Assembly: GCF_001194135.2 (NCBI RefSeq)
Contig: NC_068983.1
Location: 20,423,491-20,487,490 of the forward strand
From: Octopus bimaculoides
Taxonomy: Eukaryota
DNA: 64,000 bases
Reading direction: 5' to 3'
Shown: piece by piece, positions 62,996 through 64,000 of the stretch
Layout of the letters: each line of letters starts with the position of its first letter
How positions within the stretch are numbered: the stretch's first letter is position 1
The notes under the pieces: generated by a model
Told to the model about the DNA's origin: nothing
Database searches by the model: none
The model's input: the letters and a program-made list of their open reading frames with translations, nothing else
Made by a program: the position numbers and the translations under genes

Positions 62996-63209
62996 TAAGG
63001 CTGTTAGCTCGCAGAATCATTAGCACGCCGGGTAAAATGCTTAGCGGTATTTCGTCCGTCGCTGCGTTCTGAGCTCAGATTCTGCCGAGGTCGACTTTGC
63101 CTTTCGTTCTTTCGTATTCGATAAAATAAGTAGCATTTGAACACCGGTGTCGATGTAATCGATTCATCCCTTTCCTAAAAATAGCTACCATTGTTGCAAA
63201 ATTTGAAAC

Positions 63210-63210
<1 letters not shown>
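62996..63210 (+). mobile_element. SINE family D, full length, followed by (ATT)n
   Basis: AGGCTGTTAGCTCGCAGAATCATTAGCACGCCGGG...GAGGTCGACTTTGCCTTT...GATAAAATAAGTA...GTCGATGTAATCGATT...AAAATTTGAAACC. Confidence 0.88.
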
Positions 63211-63262
<52 letters not shown>

Positions 63263-63821
63263 GTGGTTTTTATTAAATGTGTGTTTGTCGCGTATACGCC
63301 TCGCGGTATGGCTCCGAGGAAATTTAGATAATTAACTCGTTCTACTGGATNNNNNNNNNNNNNNNNNNNNNNNNNNNNNNNNNNNNNNNNNNNNNNNNNN
63401 NNNNNNNNNNNNNNNNNNNNNNNNNNNNNNNNNNNNNNNNNNNNNNNNNNNNNNNNNNNNNNNNNNNNNNNNNNNNNNNNNNNNNNNNNNNNNNNNNNNN
63501 NNNNNNNNNNNNNNNNNNNNNNNNNNNNNNNNNNNNNNNNNNNNNNNNNNNNNNNNNNNNNNNNNNNNNNNNNNNNNNNNNNNNNNNNNNNNNNNNNNNN
63601 NNNNNNNNNNNNNNNNNNNNNNNNNNNNNNNNNNNNNNNNNNNNNNNNNNNNNNNNNNNNNNNNNNNNNNNNNNNNNNNNNNNNNNNNNNNNNNNNNNNN
63701 NNNNNNNNNNNNNNNNNNNNNNNNNNNNNNNNNNNNNNNNNNNNNNNNNNNNNNNNNNNNNNNNNNNNNNNNNNNNNNNNNNNNNNNNNNNNNNNNNNNN
63801 GAGAGAGAGAGAGAGAGAGAG

Positions 63822-64000
63822 AGTGATACCTCACAGTACAAGTTTAATTCGTTCCGTGACCGAGCTCTTCTTACGATTTACTCGTTTTACAAATCAATTT
63901 TCCCCATTGAAATTAACTAAAATATAATTAATACGTTCCAGCCCCGCAAAACCACTAAAAATTATTTTTTTATGGGTTTTAAAACATAAGATTTGTAGTT
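63822..64000 (+). mobile_element. Left end of a probable Tigger-like DNA transposon, truncated by the window edge
   Basis: AGTGATACCTC terminus followed by TTAATTCGTTCCG and TTTTCCCCATTGAAAT...ATTAATACGTTCCAG, subterminal motifs I recall from Tigger elements. The other TIR is not visible. Confidence 0.5.

Overview
Eukaryotic, AT-rich, microsatellite-dense draft scaffold with 17 N-gaps (about 6.2 kb), most of them flanked by (TA)n or (CA)n. From memory the SINE families look like those of an octopus (coleoid cephalopod); this is inference, not checked. I could not support any host protein-coding gene. Almost all ORF-track entries are microsatellite or N artefacts; the exception is 57960-58160, a mariner transposase C-terminus. 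The window reads as intronic or intergenic DNA. It holds about 45 copies or fragments of four tRNA-headed SINE families (A-D, my labels) and at least six TIR DNA-transposon derivatives (Tigger/pogo, POGK/Passer-type, mariner, TTAA-flanked MITEs). It also has a fossil non-LTR reverse-transcriptase fragment and one CpG-rich promoter or first-exon candidate near 3.9 kb. The most notable signal is four minimal type-I hammerhead-ribozyme-like motifs from three different repeat families: 123-158 and 61185-61220 (shared non-canonical core), 30780-30812 (U3-A8 covariant core) and 32701-32746. The last sits in the tail of a tRNA-headed element, suggesting a SINE-like family that may be mobilised by Penelope-like elements. 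A near-perfect 29-bp hairpin (31162-31227) is also of interest.
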